This document shows, piece by piece, positions 41,201-53,942 of a stretch of 64,000 nt of DNA. The position numbers and the translations under genes were made by a program. Source of the DNA: Trichoplax adhaerens (taxonomy: Eukaryota > Animalia > Placozoa); NCBI RefSeq assembly GCF_000150275.1, contig NW_002060945.1:631872-695871 (forward strand), given 5' to 3'. Each line of letters opens with the position of its first letter. Within the stretch, counting starts at the first letter, position 1. The notes beneath the pieces were generated by a model. That model worked only from the letters and a program-made list of their open reading frames with translations. It searched no databases and was not told the DNA's origin.

Positions 41201-42619
41201 GTTATGTAATCTACAGTATATAGAAGACAGGATTCGATTTTACACATACTACTCGTCAATGGGATGATCTAATTTTGAAAGCTAGGCAATACTATTTTGT
41301 GGATAGAATTTGATACCATTGTGCAGCGTACACTTGCTTCCGAAGTAGCTAACGCATGTATGCAATCGATTAGGTCGGTGCATCACCTATTTACGAAACT
41401 TGTTACGGTAAAAGTTCTCTGACCATCTCTTTACCGGATAGATTGAACTAGAATTTATCCATTTAAATTGTCTGTAAAATACGAAAGCAATGATGGATTT
41501 CTGTTTTACACCCTAGGATTTACTGTACCAAACTACATTGGAATAGAGACTACTAATACCGCTCAACCGTCGCTAAGAATTTCTTTCCCGTACTACAAGC
41601 ACTGTCGATTATAGCCATTATGAATTTTAAATTTGCAAAAAGTTTTAGAAAGGCATCAATGATACCATTGGATGCAACAGGCCTAAGTTATACATATCAT
41701 CATACGTATTATCGATTTGACTAAGTTCAAAAATCCGAGTTGTATCGCATTTAGCCGATGGCTGATAGAATAGCTAGCGGAATCATTGGCTTTTAAGCTA
41801 TTTTTGATTGCGGTGAAAAGGTAGTTCGTACTGAATAGTTTACGTATAAAGTGCAGAATTCTAAATAGTGTACAATACTCAACAAAGTGGAATCGATCCG
41901 ATTGAAAAGACCACGGATCCTTCCAATTTTTACGTTGGGGAGCTATTGTATTGAATTGGGGAGTAAGCATCGTTACGGGTGTTATTGCCTTACCGGATCA
42001 ATGGCTTCAGAAAGGCGTAATGAACGGGGGAAATAGCGCAAAAACAAAGATAAATTAGCAATCAAGGCTATCATGCGTTCAGGTTGTCATTTCAGCTCAT
42101 TGGATCCAACTCCTGATTTAACTATCGGTAGAGTGGATGTTCCATATCAGGGCAATTGTATCAAAAATGAGAGATTAGACTAATAAAGGGTGACAATTGA
42201 CACACAGAATTCACCATATGCATGGCAGTACTGTTGTTTAGTATTATATGAAGAAAAAGAAAAAATTGAAATTTGGAAGCGCCATGACGGCCGGTGTCTG
42301 CTGTACTACAATATGGAAAAATGGAATTCCATTTCATGTCAATTAAATAGAAATGATATCTCAGTACTAGTAGTACAGCCTGTACTGTAGGTTGCTAGTT
42401 TGGTTGATGTGACGACACATTGATGAAGTAAAAATGTCCATTCGATGATGGTCAATTTATGATGTAGCATTGAATGTAAATACGAGTATCCTTCATCAAA
42501 AAAGCAAAGGATCAATCTTCCGATGAAAGGGGATACTTTGATTGGATTATTCCATAGTAATTTTATCGGTTTACCTTGACAGAAGAAACTAATCTCTTGC
42601 TTGCAAGTCTAGACAACAT
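38300..42619 (-). CDS. CS: Mitochondrial citrate synthase, 11 exons, ~464 aa
   Basis: Exons 42619-42575 ([15 protein letters not shown] presequence), 40519-40469, 40384-40277, 40145-40080, 39985-39944, 39860-39771, 39699-39511, 39429-39233, 39117-38886, 38780-38571, 38464-38300. Catalytic motifs [44 protein letters not shown]. Confidence 0.97.
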
Positions 42620-44274
42620 CTGCACATTGAAGGCTGGCAATCAGCTAACCGGTAGGGTGAAGTGAATAGGGCGATCGTTTTTATTCTGCTCGACCCTTAC
42701 TCCAGTACCGTACTGCTGGAAAGCATGGATCAACGACTATTGGCTAGTATGGGGTCAGCGTTAGCGTGCCCGTTTGCCAAGCGGTAGTGTCAAGTTGCTG
42801 CCGGTAAACAAGGTGGTCGTGATATGGTGTCGGCGAGTACAGTGTACAGTACTGGCTCTACAGTAGTACTCAAGACTGTAGTCTACAGTATTGTACTGTA
42901 CAGGGATATCCACTACTGTACTGTACAGTAGTATGCAAAGCATGGTCGTGCCCGAAGCAGTACTTAAACGTCTTGAGGTGACGAAATGACATGCGTACTC
43001 TTCTTTCAATTGCCTTACAGTCACGTAGATCATTTCCTTCAAACCTGATATATATCCCGTAAAATATAGATCTCTACTACACTATGCCTCAATTGGAGAA
43101 AATTTTCATGTTTCCCCTTTTACATTACGTTGCCGTAATGATAGAGTTGAAGAAAGTATTGTTGCTGACAGTGTTTCATTGTAAGGGAGAAGAGTGAGGA
43201 ATGAGTTCACTGTCAATAAAGCTGTTTTGTACATTTTAGTACAGCGTTTGTTTCTACGGGTTATGAGCCTTTTACAAGGGTAGTTCTTAGGCATTCTAGT
43301 GGTAGTACGTAATATTCTTGCTACATCTTGGGACAAATTCGGATAGTAATCTGTAGCAGCTAGTCAGCTACTCAAAGTAAGTGCTTTTACGTTAGCCTAG
43401 TCAACTTTGTCAGTAAGTAGTCCCGTGACATTCCCATACTTTCTTACCTCCGTATACACTATACTGTACAGTATAGTACAAACTAGACCTGAGCAAGGTT
43501 TTACAACCGGCTACACGCACATCGTACGTCGGATCTCAGAATATTACATCATGGCAGAAGCAGTAGGCCAGTAGCTCGTAGCCATGACGATTGGTGACGA
43601 TCGATTGCTGTGCCAACGAGTATCTACCCTATGCAAGTCCGAGCTATAAAAAAGTGTATCTGCTTTAACATATCCATAATCAATGGATGTCGAGGAAATC
43701 ATTTGGATAGATGGCAGTCACTAAGATCAAATCAATGGCGAGGAGGTAGACTAGCATACACTGTACACTGACTAAACAGAAATATTCAGGATTGAAAATT
43801 GCCATTCAAAACCGGTTATCCAGGCAGTTGAAAACCAGTTGTTCACTTGTGCCCACTGACTTGATTGCCTAGAATGGACGTGACACTCAGCCCGTAGCGT
43901 CATCTTCACGGTACTGTACCGAGCTATGCATAGCGGCTGACTGACATATGGTATACGTACGCTGGGGATACGCTGACCCGATCGTGGCCCACGATCGGAT
44001 ACCGTTTGAGTCTGCGCTCCTTACTGAGCAAGCGTGCAAGTCGTAACGTCACGGTAGATGAAAAAAACAACAACTCTACAGTGTAGACTGCACAATTCAC
44101 TGGTGTATGGGACTGTAGAGTCCGTGATCAGCCAGCTTGCGCCAGCGTAGTGCATTTATTCCAACGTACGCCTGTTGGCCACTGGCACTCCAGAGTCCAA
44201 GGTGGAAGGAGAGTTTGGATTTTTCCGTCTTAATTAACCTAAATCGATCACTTCCACTGACGGAAATCCACTTC
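42620..44274. promoter_or_regulatory. Divergent CS/COQ10 upstream region with palindromic elements
   Basis: Head-to-head ATGs ~1.65 kb apart, GC/CpG-richer than flanks. TACAGT/ACTGTA cluster 42837-42932, 20-bp palindrome 43458-43477, 21-bp inverted repeat 43978-43998. ETS-like CACTTCC/CGGAAA just upstream of the COQ10 ATG. Confidence 0.6.
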
Positions 44275-46781
44275 ATGGCGACGACAATTGCTGGAAAAAG
44301 AGCTCTATCTACTTTGAATAATAATTTACGACCTAGGACATTGAATTCTCTGCCTTCAAGCCTAAGGTCTGTTGAAAAGATTGAATTTTTGATATTGGTA
44401 GCTGTCATGATCATCATTTTCAACCACGGTAAAAATAGCTTAGACAGTCACTGTGCGCTCTACACCACCCACCCCTAACCCGCCCATAAGTATAATAGCA
44501 CCACTTGACTCGACTCGTACATGTGCTCCAACCCTACAATACGTAAAACTGCTCAAGGAGGCAAATCAATAAATGAGATTGGACAGCCTCGCTGTTTACC
44601 AATGCTCTTTTTCCATTATAATTTCTCCTCTTACTACAAATTGAAAATGTTCAATAATAGTACATTACTTCTACTCTATATCAATGCATACAATGTCATG
44701 CAAATGTTGATCCATCACTGGATTATTTTTCAATAATCATCATGTATCACTGTTGTTGAATCAAGCGTCGCTGATATATCTTGACAGCCATTTTTCACTC
44801 CAACAGTGGGTAGAGTCTTGTAAAAATTGGTATATTCTTTCCCTTATTTCGGCTAGCCATTTTTTTCTGATACAACTATAAGCGCTTTACAATGTAGCTA
44901 TCGTTTACAGCACACGATTCTATACGTTATACCACTGTTTTACATCATCGTAGCAGATAGACCACCAGTTTGCTCCGCCATGTTTGTAAATAACCCAATG
45001 ATGATGCAATCTGACGCTATGGTAACAAAATGAGCGATTTACGGTTAAGTTTAGATAGTATGAAAACAAATACAGATAGTAATAGCCTTAGGTGCGATGC
45101 GGATCGATAGTATGTATCAACAATAATGTCGAAAAATGATCATCATCTACTGTACAAGGTGATAATAATGGAACTTTGCAATATTGTGCTACATGGAGGA
45201 CATGGTTGATTCAATGCCTCCCGGTGTACCACTACTGTAGTTTTCCACAGTGCATTATTTTATGAACGATCGTTGTACTGTAAATTGCAATTTGAAATAA
45301 TTGGATGTTTTTCCCTTCCTTTTCGTCAATAGATTCTTACTTAATGTCACAAAAAGACCTATTCCTAGTTTCAATACTACTGTAACCAAACAACCAAGGC
45401 GTTTTTTCTTCAGCAATCCATTTCGAACACCATCCAAGAAAAATGAATATCGTGATCATCGTTTAGTCGGGTAAGTGTACATGAAGATTCAAGTCGTCGT
45501 AGCGGAGAGTTAAAACTGAAAAGAATTTTTTCCTGATTTTATCAATCTTATATGTGTTTTGATGGTATCTTATCATCGATTTAGCTATAGACGATGACTT
45601 TATATCTTTCATTGGGATATTTCGCATGAATTGCAGTTCAAGTATCAGTTCTTGTAATCTTTGTCAAAACAGTGTTCTACTCGTTGGAAAACTTTACTAC
45701 TAGCATAATAGATACAAAATGATACTGTACTGTACAGTGTACACTACATACAGACACTGGTGTTATGGTTATGGTTACTTCTAATGGAACGACTTCAATT
45801 TGCTTGAAATACTCATAAAACTGTTCGATTCTATACTGTTATTGCTGTTTTTTTTGTTTTTTATATCTACCCACGTCTGGTTATAATAGCGTCTTGTATT
45901 CTAAATATTATTATTTTAATCGAGTCACAGATTAATTGTCAGTTAAAATAATCATCAACAAAATCCCTATAGTGATTAGCTGTCAAGTATCATTATCTCA
46001 TCTATTTCTTATCCTCGTGTAGATATTCAGCTGACGAAGTCTTTCAAGTTGTCGCCGATGTGACTGACTACGCTGAATTTATTCCTTGGTGTCGCTCCTC
46101 TAAAGTGGTCCGCCCAATTCCTAACGGTTTTTTAGCAACATTAGAAGTTGGTTTTCCTCCTATCTCAGAGACATATACTTCTGTAGTCACCTTAATTCGT
46201 CCAACTTTAGCCAGAGTAAGTAATTGGAGAAGTAGACAATTTCTTCTATATAATACTCTATGACATCCTAAACTCTCTATACGCGCACTTTTTTTGCAAT
46301 AGTATTACCGTTGTAGTATACGCCGCGTAATTGCTACTAAAAAATAAATGTTTTGCTGTTGGTAACGAAAGCGTTGATTAGGATATCGTTTTTGTCACCT
46401 TTAGGCCGTCTGCAAAGATGGAAGGTTATTTAAGCATTTAGAAACTACGTGGAGATTTAGCCCTGGATTAGCAAATAATCCCAATACCTGTTTTTTAGAA
46501 TTTGAGGTGGATATCTATGTATTCATAGTTGCAAATGCCTATGGTCTCTTGTTAAATTACTTATCTGCATTCGAAAGAACTAATTGCCTTTCTTTAACCA
46601 ACTCCTATTCTAGATTATCTTTGAATTTAATTCATCTATCCATAATCAGTTATCTGGCCTTTTCTTCGAAGACATCGTTAAGAAGATGATTAGCGCATTT
46701 GATAAACGTTGTCATGAGATTCATGGACCAGATCGACATATTCCTCTGGCAGATCCCATATACAGAATTACAAATATATAA
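44275..46781 (+). CDS. COQ10: Coenzyme Q-binding protein COQ10 (START/polyketide cyclase fold), mitochondrial, 5 exons, ~230 aa
   Basis: Exons 44275-44366 (MATTIAGKRALSTLNNNLRPR... presequence-like, phase compatible), 45333-45470, 46023-46215, 46405-46506, 46614-46781. Motifs RLVGYSADEVFQVVADVTDYAEFIPWC, LEVGFPPISETYTS, LFKHLETTWRF, FEFNS, MISAFDKRC. The first exon is less certain. Confidence 0.92.
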
Positions 46782-47668
46782 AGATTCTATTATTTATATT
46801 TAAATTTTTATATCATGTTCTACTTACATAGCTATAATTCACCTATATTGTTAATGGTGTGATTAGGTATAAGAAAAAGTACTGCAGCCTTAAATACTAC
46901 ACTCATCTAAGATTTAGTTTTTTTACGGCTGTATAAACATTTTAATCTAAAGAAATAGTAAAACATTAATGGGCTTGAAAAGCCGTGCAGTGCAGCTTGT
47001 TGCATGACGATATCGAAACGAATGCTATAGTGTTGCCATAGGTGTATCCGATAACGTCATCAGTGTTAGAGGTTCTTACGTGCTGACGCTTAATATTTGC
47101 TTGCAATTTTAACATTGATTCACTTGAGACGATATATTCAATGACAGGAGTAGTCAGCACCGCATTATTTGGTATTGCGGGTAGCCTAAAATGATATAAA
47201 TATATTAAGTGCTAGAACTACCGGCTCTTTTTTGGATAACAGTTTCTATTTGTAAAAATATTGTATATTCCACTCATTACCCTAGCTTCTTATCAGCTCT
47301 ATTAGATTATGTTTCAAGGTATGATATATGACAAACTTATGTATTATGAGAGATTGAAGCACGATTTAACGGTGTAAGATTTCGGTAGGATTAAGTCAAT
47401 GTCTGTACGTACTATCTAGATCAATTAATTTTCGTTATGTATTAATGAGATTTTTAAATAAACTGATATTGATCTGCTTGTATTCTTTTTCCTTTATCTG
47501 GGTTGCTGACTAAATTATATTCATTGATAAGCTGTAATCAACTACGGTAAATGGTACTGTATACTAAGTGTATAAGAATAATAACCACCTACAAAGCGAT
47601 CTAATTAAAATATAATATAAAATCAAAAAATAATCTTTGTACAGGAATACTTTTTAAGTGAAAATATT

Positions 47669-50600
47669 TTATTTTACATCGGTTATGATCACATAATCGC
47701 TATGAGCCAAAATTTTAACGATGTGAACTGCTTGCTTCCAAGCTGCTGTTTTACCAGTGAAGTCGTCAAGTACTGGCCACGAATAAAGAAAATTCTTAGT
47801 TTTACTGATATCGATACATTGCTTTTTGAATTGATGAACTAAATTGAGTGTTTCAAATTTATTACCACACTCGTCGTTCAGTAATATAGTAGCAACATAA
47901 TCATCTAAAACGTTGATAAACGCAGTCCATACAATCGAACGATATAAGCTTAGTTCGTAAGACCAAATATTATTTACAGATTTGTTGTCATCATCCATTC
48001 CGTTGGCAATCACTTTATGATCTATAAAGTCATTAATTGATATCATGAAATATAGAAATTGTAATAGATTTACCTATTATCATTGTTTTAGAAGGCGGTA
48101 TAAACTTTTTCTGAACTATTGACATTATATAATATATTCATGAGTTATAATAAAGCCCTAGCTAGTCCTTAAAAGAACAGTACTGATATACTACGTGTAA
48201 ATTTATTGTTATAACCACCTCAGTTAACTAGCGAATTAGCTACTACTTGTGTAAATTTTATCGCAGCTAAGTACTTTCACCTACTATTTTATAGGAGTAT
48301 AACTTACTTTTAAGATATTCAGAACAAAGCAATTCTGTGTATCCACCTCCTGGTAAACATCTGCCAAAGTGTAAAACATTGTAAATCCGGTTTAAACAAG
48401 ATTTGAAGCGCTGCGTTGCACTCTTGAGAGATGCTCTACTACTACCATGTATGACCGCCATCTGCAAAGTAGTTTTCGGAGCCTAATTTGTCCATTTTAA
48501 TATCCAAATTACGGAGAATGAAATAGCGTGTATATATTTCCCTTTGCAATATACTGTACAATATCATGGCCTACCTCACATTGGATTAAGACATGGTATG
48601 ATACAACAGCTTTATTGGTCCTTTTATTTATAGTTTTCTTAGAGTTCCAGCCACATACCCATTGTTGTACTGTGACTGTAAGTCCAATTTGTACCTAGAA
48701 ATGAAATCATCGTAAGCATCGATGAATAAATATATAAAAGGCAGAATTTTATTTACAAGTAATAGTATGCTACTACTAGCAAACTATTCATAAATGATTG
48801 AGTATTTCCAGATGTTTATTTCTGTGTCGAACGATATACCTCATTAAAGTCGGGAATGTACGTCAAGATAACATTTCCGGTAGCTAACGACAAAGCTTTA
48901 AGTTGATTGTAACTTAACGCAGACAATAATACTATATCATTGCTATGACAAAGATCCACAATGCGCTGATCAACGTATCCTTTCACAGCAAGTAAACCAA
49001 TGTCATTCTGAATAATTTTTCAATAAGATGAAATTATGGCTACAAATTAACTATCTATAAAAGAGTTAAACATAAACATCTTTAACCTTGTGTAGGATAT
49101 CAGCGATATTCTTCAGCCATCTATCCTGTTCTGTTCTTCTTTCCATACTTAATTGATCAGCTGTTATATAAGTTACTTCTTTATATTTATCTTCATATCC
49201 AATATGTCGAAATTGAAAAGTGATATCGCCATTTAGTAACTATAGTTAAAACAAGCAATAGGCGTAACCCACAGTTTTAGTACGAAAGGTAATAACCAGT
49301 AGGATTTATTAAGTGACCTTCTGTATCAGCATAAATAAAATAAAATAGTTAAATATATTTTAATCACTTACGATTATATTTAATTTCTTCTTGTTAAGTT
49401 TTCCACATAACGAGTATGCTTCACTAGTACAATTAATGACAATGCCTGAAATCAATGTCGACTCTGCTACTGGAGGACCAAGTATCTCGATTGTATCAAT
49501 TGTGGCGAGATAAAATCTGTTCATTAAGTTTTATTGTTCCCATTAGAATTTCTCTGACGATATCATAGATAAATGTAACTTTAAAGTACCTGCATGTACT
49601 TAAATCGTTAGTACTTGAATTTTGGTATTGCTTCCATAAAGCATCTATTGCAAGTCTGGTTAATGAGTAATCGCCACGGCTTAACTTTTGACTACAACAT
49701 AGGTGGAGAAATTAACATTAAATCTATTTCTAATCAGCAGCAAGTAAATGCCAAAAAATTCTACGACACTGACATAAGGCTTACTACATCCATTACAGTC
49801 ACGAACAACGTCAAAGTATTAATAAAAGATATTTAATATCTAATGTCGTCTTATTTATGAACTTTTGTTAATTTTAATTGCGCAAAATAATGCATTAACA
49901 GTTTGGATAGCCGTGTCACTAAACAGTAGTAAAGATATATAATTATAGCTTACCCTAGATAAGATAGTATTGTGTAAATTTTAGAATCTGTTTCTGACAT
50001 TGTGGCGATTTTATCATATGTTCCCTTCAGAAAGATACTAAAGTCGTTTTTATCTTGCATATTAATAATTCTAGTTACGTATAAGTTATTTTCATCGCTT
50101 TCTTCTGGTGAAAGATTAGATTCGTTTTCATGACTTTCAGCTAAGATAGACCATGAGCTCATGCTCGACAAATTTATCGCCACCTGCTCACATTTCTTGA
50201 TACAAATTGCTAATGCTTCATCGAATAATTTTGTAATGACATGTATTGGAATTCCCTAAATTAATACTTTAATTATTAGATCATCAATTTTACTCATGAA
50301 TTTCTTCAAAAGATTTTATACATTAAGCACAAAGAACTAATTTTACTTGTTTATTGAGGCATTCCGTTTCTTTAGCTAGTAATCCAGCTATAACTAATAA
50401 TGTTGTACTACATGTACCGTATTCTTTGCAGTGTTTATTGCAGGACTCCGCAATGACATGAATTGCCGGATGCTATCATATGAAACAATATTTGCATTAG
50501 TAGTCCACAGTTAATAATTTATAGATATAACTATATAGATTAGCGTCTAAATTGTAGACTGAATGACTTACAAGGATGTTTACATTTTGTAAGAAATCTA

Positions 50601-51023
50601 GCGGTGTGAGCAAGAATTTGACAGCGGTTTCGTCATTCTCATCGATGAAGCATTTGATACTTATAAAACATATAATTTATAGTATGTTGGCATACTCATA
50701 TATATCTAGCCATTCTAATAGCAGCTTATCATCTAGATTCAATTGATTTACAGCTGAGTAGTAAAAATTCCTTCCTACCACGATTACTGTTGAGGCATTT
50801 GTTCTTACCTTTTATTGCAACCAAGGAGAGTTTTTATGGATTGAGCTGAACAAAAAGACATTAACGAGATATAGCATCAAATAAAGATATCCCAATAATG
50901 ATTCCTTTACTTATTCTACCGGTTCTAATTAACTCTATCTTAATCACAACATAATCTTGTAATATACTCACCTATGGTCTGCAAAACCATCAAGCTATTG
51001 GTGTTTTCCTTGACTTTATACAT
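47669..51023 (-). CDS. BBS12: Chaperonin-like Bardet-Biedl syndrome 12 protein, 12 exons, ~606 aa
   Basis: Exons 51023-50972, 50845-50809, 50659-50572, 50472-50347, 50255-49954, 49691-49590, 49516-49372, 49239-49087, 49007-48840, 48694-48575, 48482-48308, 48021-47669 join in frame. Degenerate group II chaperonin motifs KTLLGCNK, HPA...YGTCSTTLL and LPGGGYTELLC. BBS12-like LSRGD, NGDITFQFRHIG and VLDDFTGKTAAWKQA. Confidence 0.8.
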
Positions 51024-51645
51024 TAGGTTATGAAATTGTAGCCACTCAATAATAATAATTAGAATACAGATCAAGCGTGCAATAAATCATCTTAGAGTAC
51101 ATCTAATCTCAAATATTGATCTAAATTCTGTCATGGTGATAGAATCCCTAAGGTCTAGTAACCTTTAATAGCTTGATCGAAGCCTCTTCAAAGTAGCTCT
51201 CGGTGTTCGTCTTCTAGGAAGAAAGAAGGAAATGGTTGCTAGCCAACCATTGCCTGGATTGATTCTGTATAGAGTTTCTACGATGAGCTTTGCATGCTGG
51301 TCTATCGTATAGTTGTCCAGGCTAATGTCTGCGTTATACTATCGATGAATGAAGCGCATTTGCCTGCAGTCGCTTACGGAAGGTAGTCTACTGTATAAAA
51401 TAGGACTTGGCAGCCTATACAATACACTATATAACCTACAGCGGATTGAAAGCTTATACTGTACAGTATAGTACTGCACATCTAGTAAGTCGATGCTTTC
51501 CCAACAGCTGCGGCAAAATTTTGCCTAGATACTGATGAGCTTGATAGAAAAATTGGCTGGATTGTGCCTATAAGATCTTTCATTTCATTTATTGATCATT
51601 ATAAACGCTTAAATATATGCTACATTATATGCATATGGTAAGATA
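51024..51645. promoter_or_regulatory. Divergent BBS12/FASTK-RAP upstream region
   Basis: Head-to-head ATGs ~620 bp apart. Contains the 16-bp palindrome TATACTGTACAGTATA at 51455-51470. Confidence 0.6.
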
Positions 51646-53942
51646 ATGTGGCTTTCTTATTGTAAACAAGCGATCCATCGTCCACAAGTGTGCTACCTCC
51701 TTGCCATTAGGAGATCACTTGTACAGCAATCTACAACAGGAGATTCTTCAATCTACATAAATCGCGAAATTATAGGATGTAATTCAGTCAGCGAGCTATT
51801 GGGTGTTACCAAGGCTCATTTGCCAGGTTTCGACAATATCAATATTATTACAGCTTTTGATCGAGTATCAAGATTGAGCCTTTATTATGAACGGAAGAAG
51901 TTATGTAACGATCGAATTTTTGCACGATTATGTCAGGCTGTAACGGTAAGGAGTGAAACGATGACTGGTCTCAATTACGCTCATCTAGCTTGGAGCTTAG
52001 CTAAAGGGAGATTTAAATGTCAAAACTGGCAATACTTAGATATGTTGCAAGCTGTAAGAACCGGATTAGAATCAAATATTGAAATGTTACCTATTCAAAA
52101 ACTAGCATTGGTCAGTTGGTCTGTAGCGAATTATCCAAAGCTAAAAAGCGATGTCATTGTAGACAAGTTAATCAAGACAATTACTCTCAGAAGTCACAAG
52201 CTTGCAACTGGACACGATATCAATCAGTTGTATCACGCTTTTGCGAAACTAGGATATCAAGATAGCAAATTTTATGATCTAATTGATACACAAGCTGAGG
52301 AAAATTTAGCCTTATTTAAAATTCAAGAAGCTGCTGGCCTCTACCATTCATTAAGTATATTAGGTCGAGAAAATACAAGGCTATGGTCAAAGTTAACCCT
52401 CTACATTAAATTTCATGCTAATAAGCTTGATGGAAAAGGAATTGCCAATGTGACTTGGTCGTTAGCCAATATTGGTAACAAGGATGATGCTTTTCTTCAA
52501 ATTTTAGGTAACGCTGCTATGGAAAGGATAAAATTCATGAATCCTGATTCTTTAGCAATATTTGCTTGGTCTTTGGTTTCCTTAGACTATTTCGATGACA
52601 AATTATTCGATGTTATTGCTGATGAATCTTTAGTCCAAATGCGCAAGTTTTCTGCACAAAATCTATCCAACCTATTATTAGCTTTTGCTAAATCTAATTA
52701 TATGATTCCAAAACTATTTCATGATGTTGCTGAAAGTACTATAAAAAAATTACATAATATGGAACCACAAGCAATGGCAAATATTGCGTTATCATATGCT
52801 AAAGTCAGTTATTATGAGCCAAATTTAGTTAAAGCTTTCACTGATAAAATAATTTTTAGTAGGTTGAAGGACTGGCACCTTCGTGATTTAGCAGATCTTA
52901 TGTACTTTTTCGCAAAAATGAATAGTTGCGATTCGAAATTATTGGAAAAATTCAATAAAGTGAACGTAACTGATTGGCTAAAAGGATCACCACCTGCAAG
53001 ATTTACCTCCCATGAACTCATCATTAGGATTGTATGGTCGTTGATAGTACTTAACAGACAACCTAGAAATATTGTTGCTGCAGTAATGAATCCGCAATTT
53101 CTAAAAGAAGCTACAACAGGTACAGTAATACATTTTCTTGAATAGAGTTGCTTTAACAATGGGTAATAAGAGCATTTGTGCTGGTGTAAATAATCGTATC
53201 TTTGTCTTGTTGCTATAGCATGTGGTGGTGCTTTACCAAATGAAACACAATGCCAACTACATCAAATTGCATTATCGATTGGCTCCATTGATGAATATGG
53301 TAGTCAAGACCCGCAGTTATTACGTAATTATTTAAATAAATATCGTAAAACCTTTAATACCACCTCGCAATCATCCTTAACTAGCTCATATTCATTTCAT
53401 GTGGATGTGACTGCAGCTCTAGAAAGTATAGTATCGCCTGAATACTTAGAAAGTGAATTCATTACACCTTATGGATATAGTACAGATTTATACTTTGAAA
53501 CTGACTTATCTGGAAAACCCATCCCTATAGAAAAAGCACAAACAACTACTGAGTTATATACACCATTAGCTAAAAACAATCGACTGCGTTATATTGTTGA
53601 AGTTGATGGGAAAACTCACTTTCTACGCAAATATCAGCTTTATACTGGTCCATCTATATTAAAGAAGAACCATCTCAAAAAATTTGGATATAACGTAATA
53701 CAGGTATGATCCAATAGGGCCTGTCTAATGTAAATTTTACATTATATCACGGTAGTTAAACAACTATCAACAGTAGTGTTACACTCCCGTATAACTTTGA
53801 TCAATGTGTACATAATGCTAGCTACTTTGTTAATTTTTAGATTCCGCATTTCGAATGGAGGATTATTGATTCTTTTAGCGATAAGGTGGAATATCTGAGA
53901 CGAAAAATATCCCATTATGATTCAGGCGACAGTGTAAATTAG
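51646..53942 (+). CDS. FASTK-family / RAP-domain mitochondrial RNA-binding protein with 37-aa helical repeats, 3 exons, ~686 aa
   Basis: Exons 51646-53119, 53219-53703, 53841-53942 in frame. Acid-free, Arg-containing N-terminus. Repeated 'lanl.WslAklg' helices. C-terminal RAP signature IVEVDGKTHF...GPSILKKNHLKKFGYNVIQIPHFEW. Confidence 0.88.

Noticed and set aside
41994-42074. Alternative first exon for citrate synthase ([27 protein letters not shown]|GTAAGG)
   Set aside because: Phase compatible, but 42619-42575 gives a far more typical mitochondrial presequence. Not excluded as a minor isoform.
42620-42726. Possible 81-nt 5'UTR intron and overlapping uORF in CS
   Set aside because: Rests only on splice-like motifs, with no way to confirm without transcripts.
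43950-44045. tRNA or snRNA candidate in the GC-rich patch
   Set aside because: No T-loop GTTCRA, cloverleaf or recognisable snRNA motif; only the short inverted repeat is supported.
46966-47160. 64-aa minus-strand ORF between COQ10 and BBS12
   Set aside because: No recognisable domain, and BBS12 homology is already complete by 47669. Probably 3'UTR or a short alternative last exon in another frame.
52812-53159. Antisense ORFs within coding exons (also 6470-6700, 32461-32823, 44097-44423, 54297-54542)
   Set aside because: Shadows of real exons on the opposite strand.
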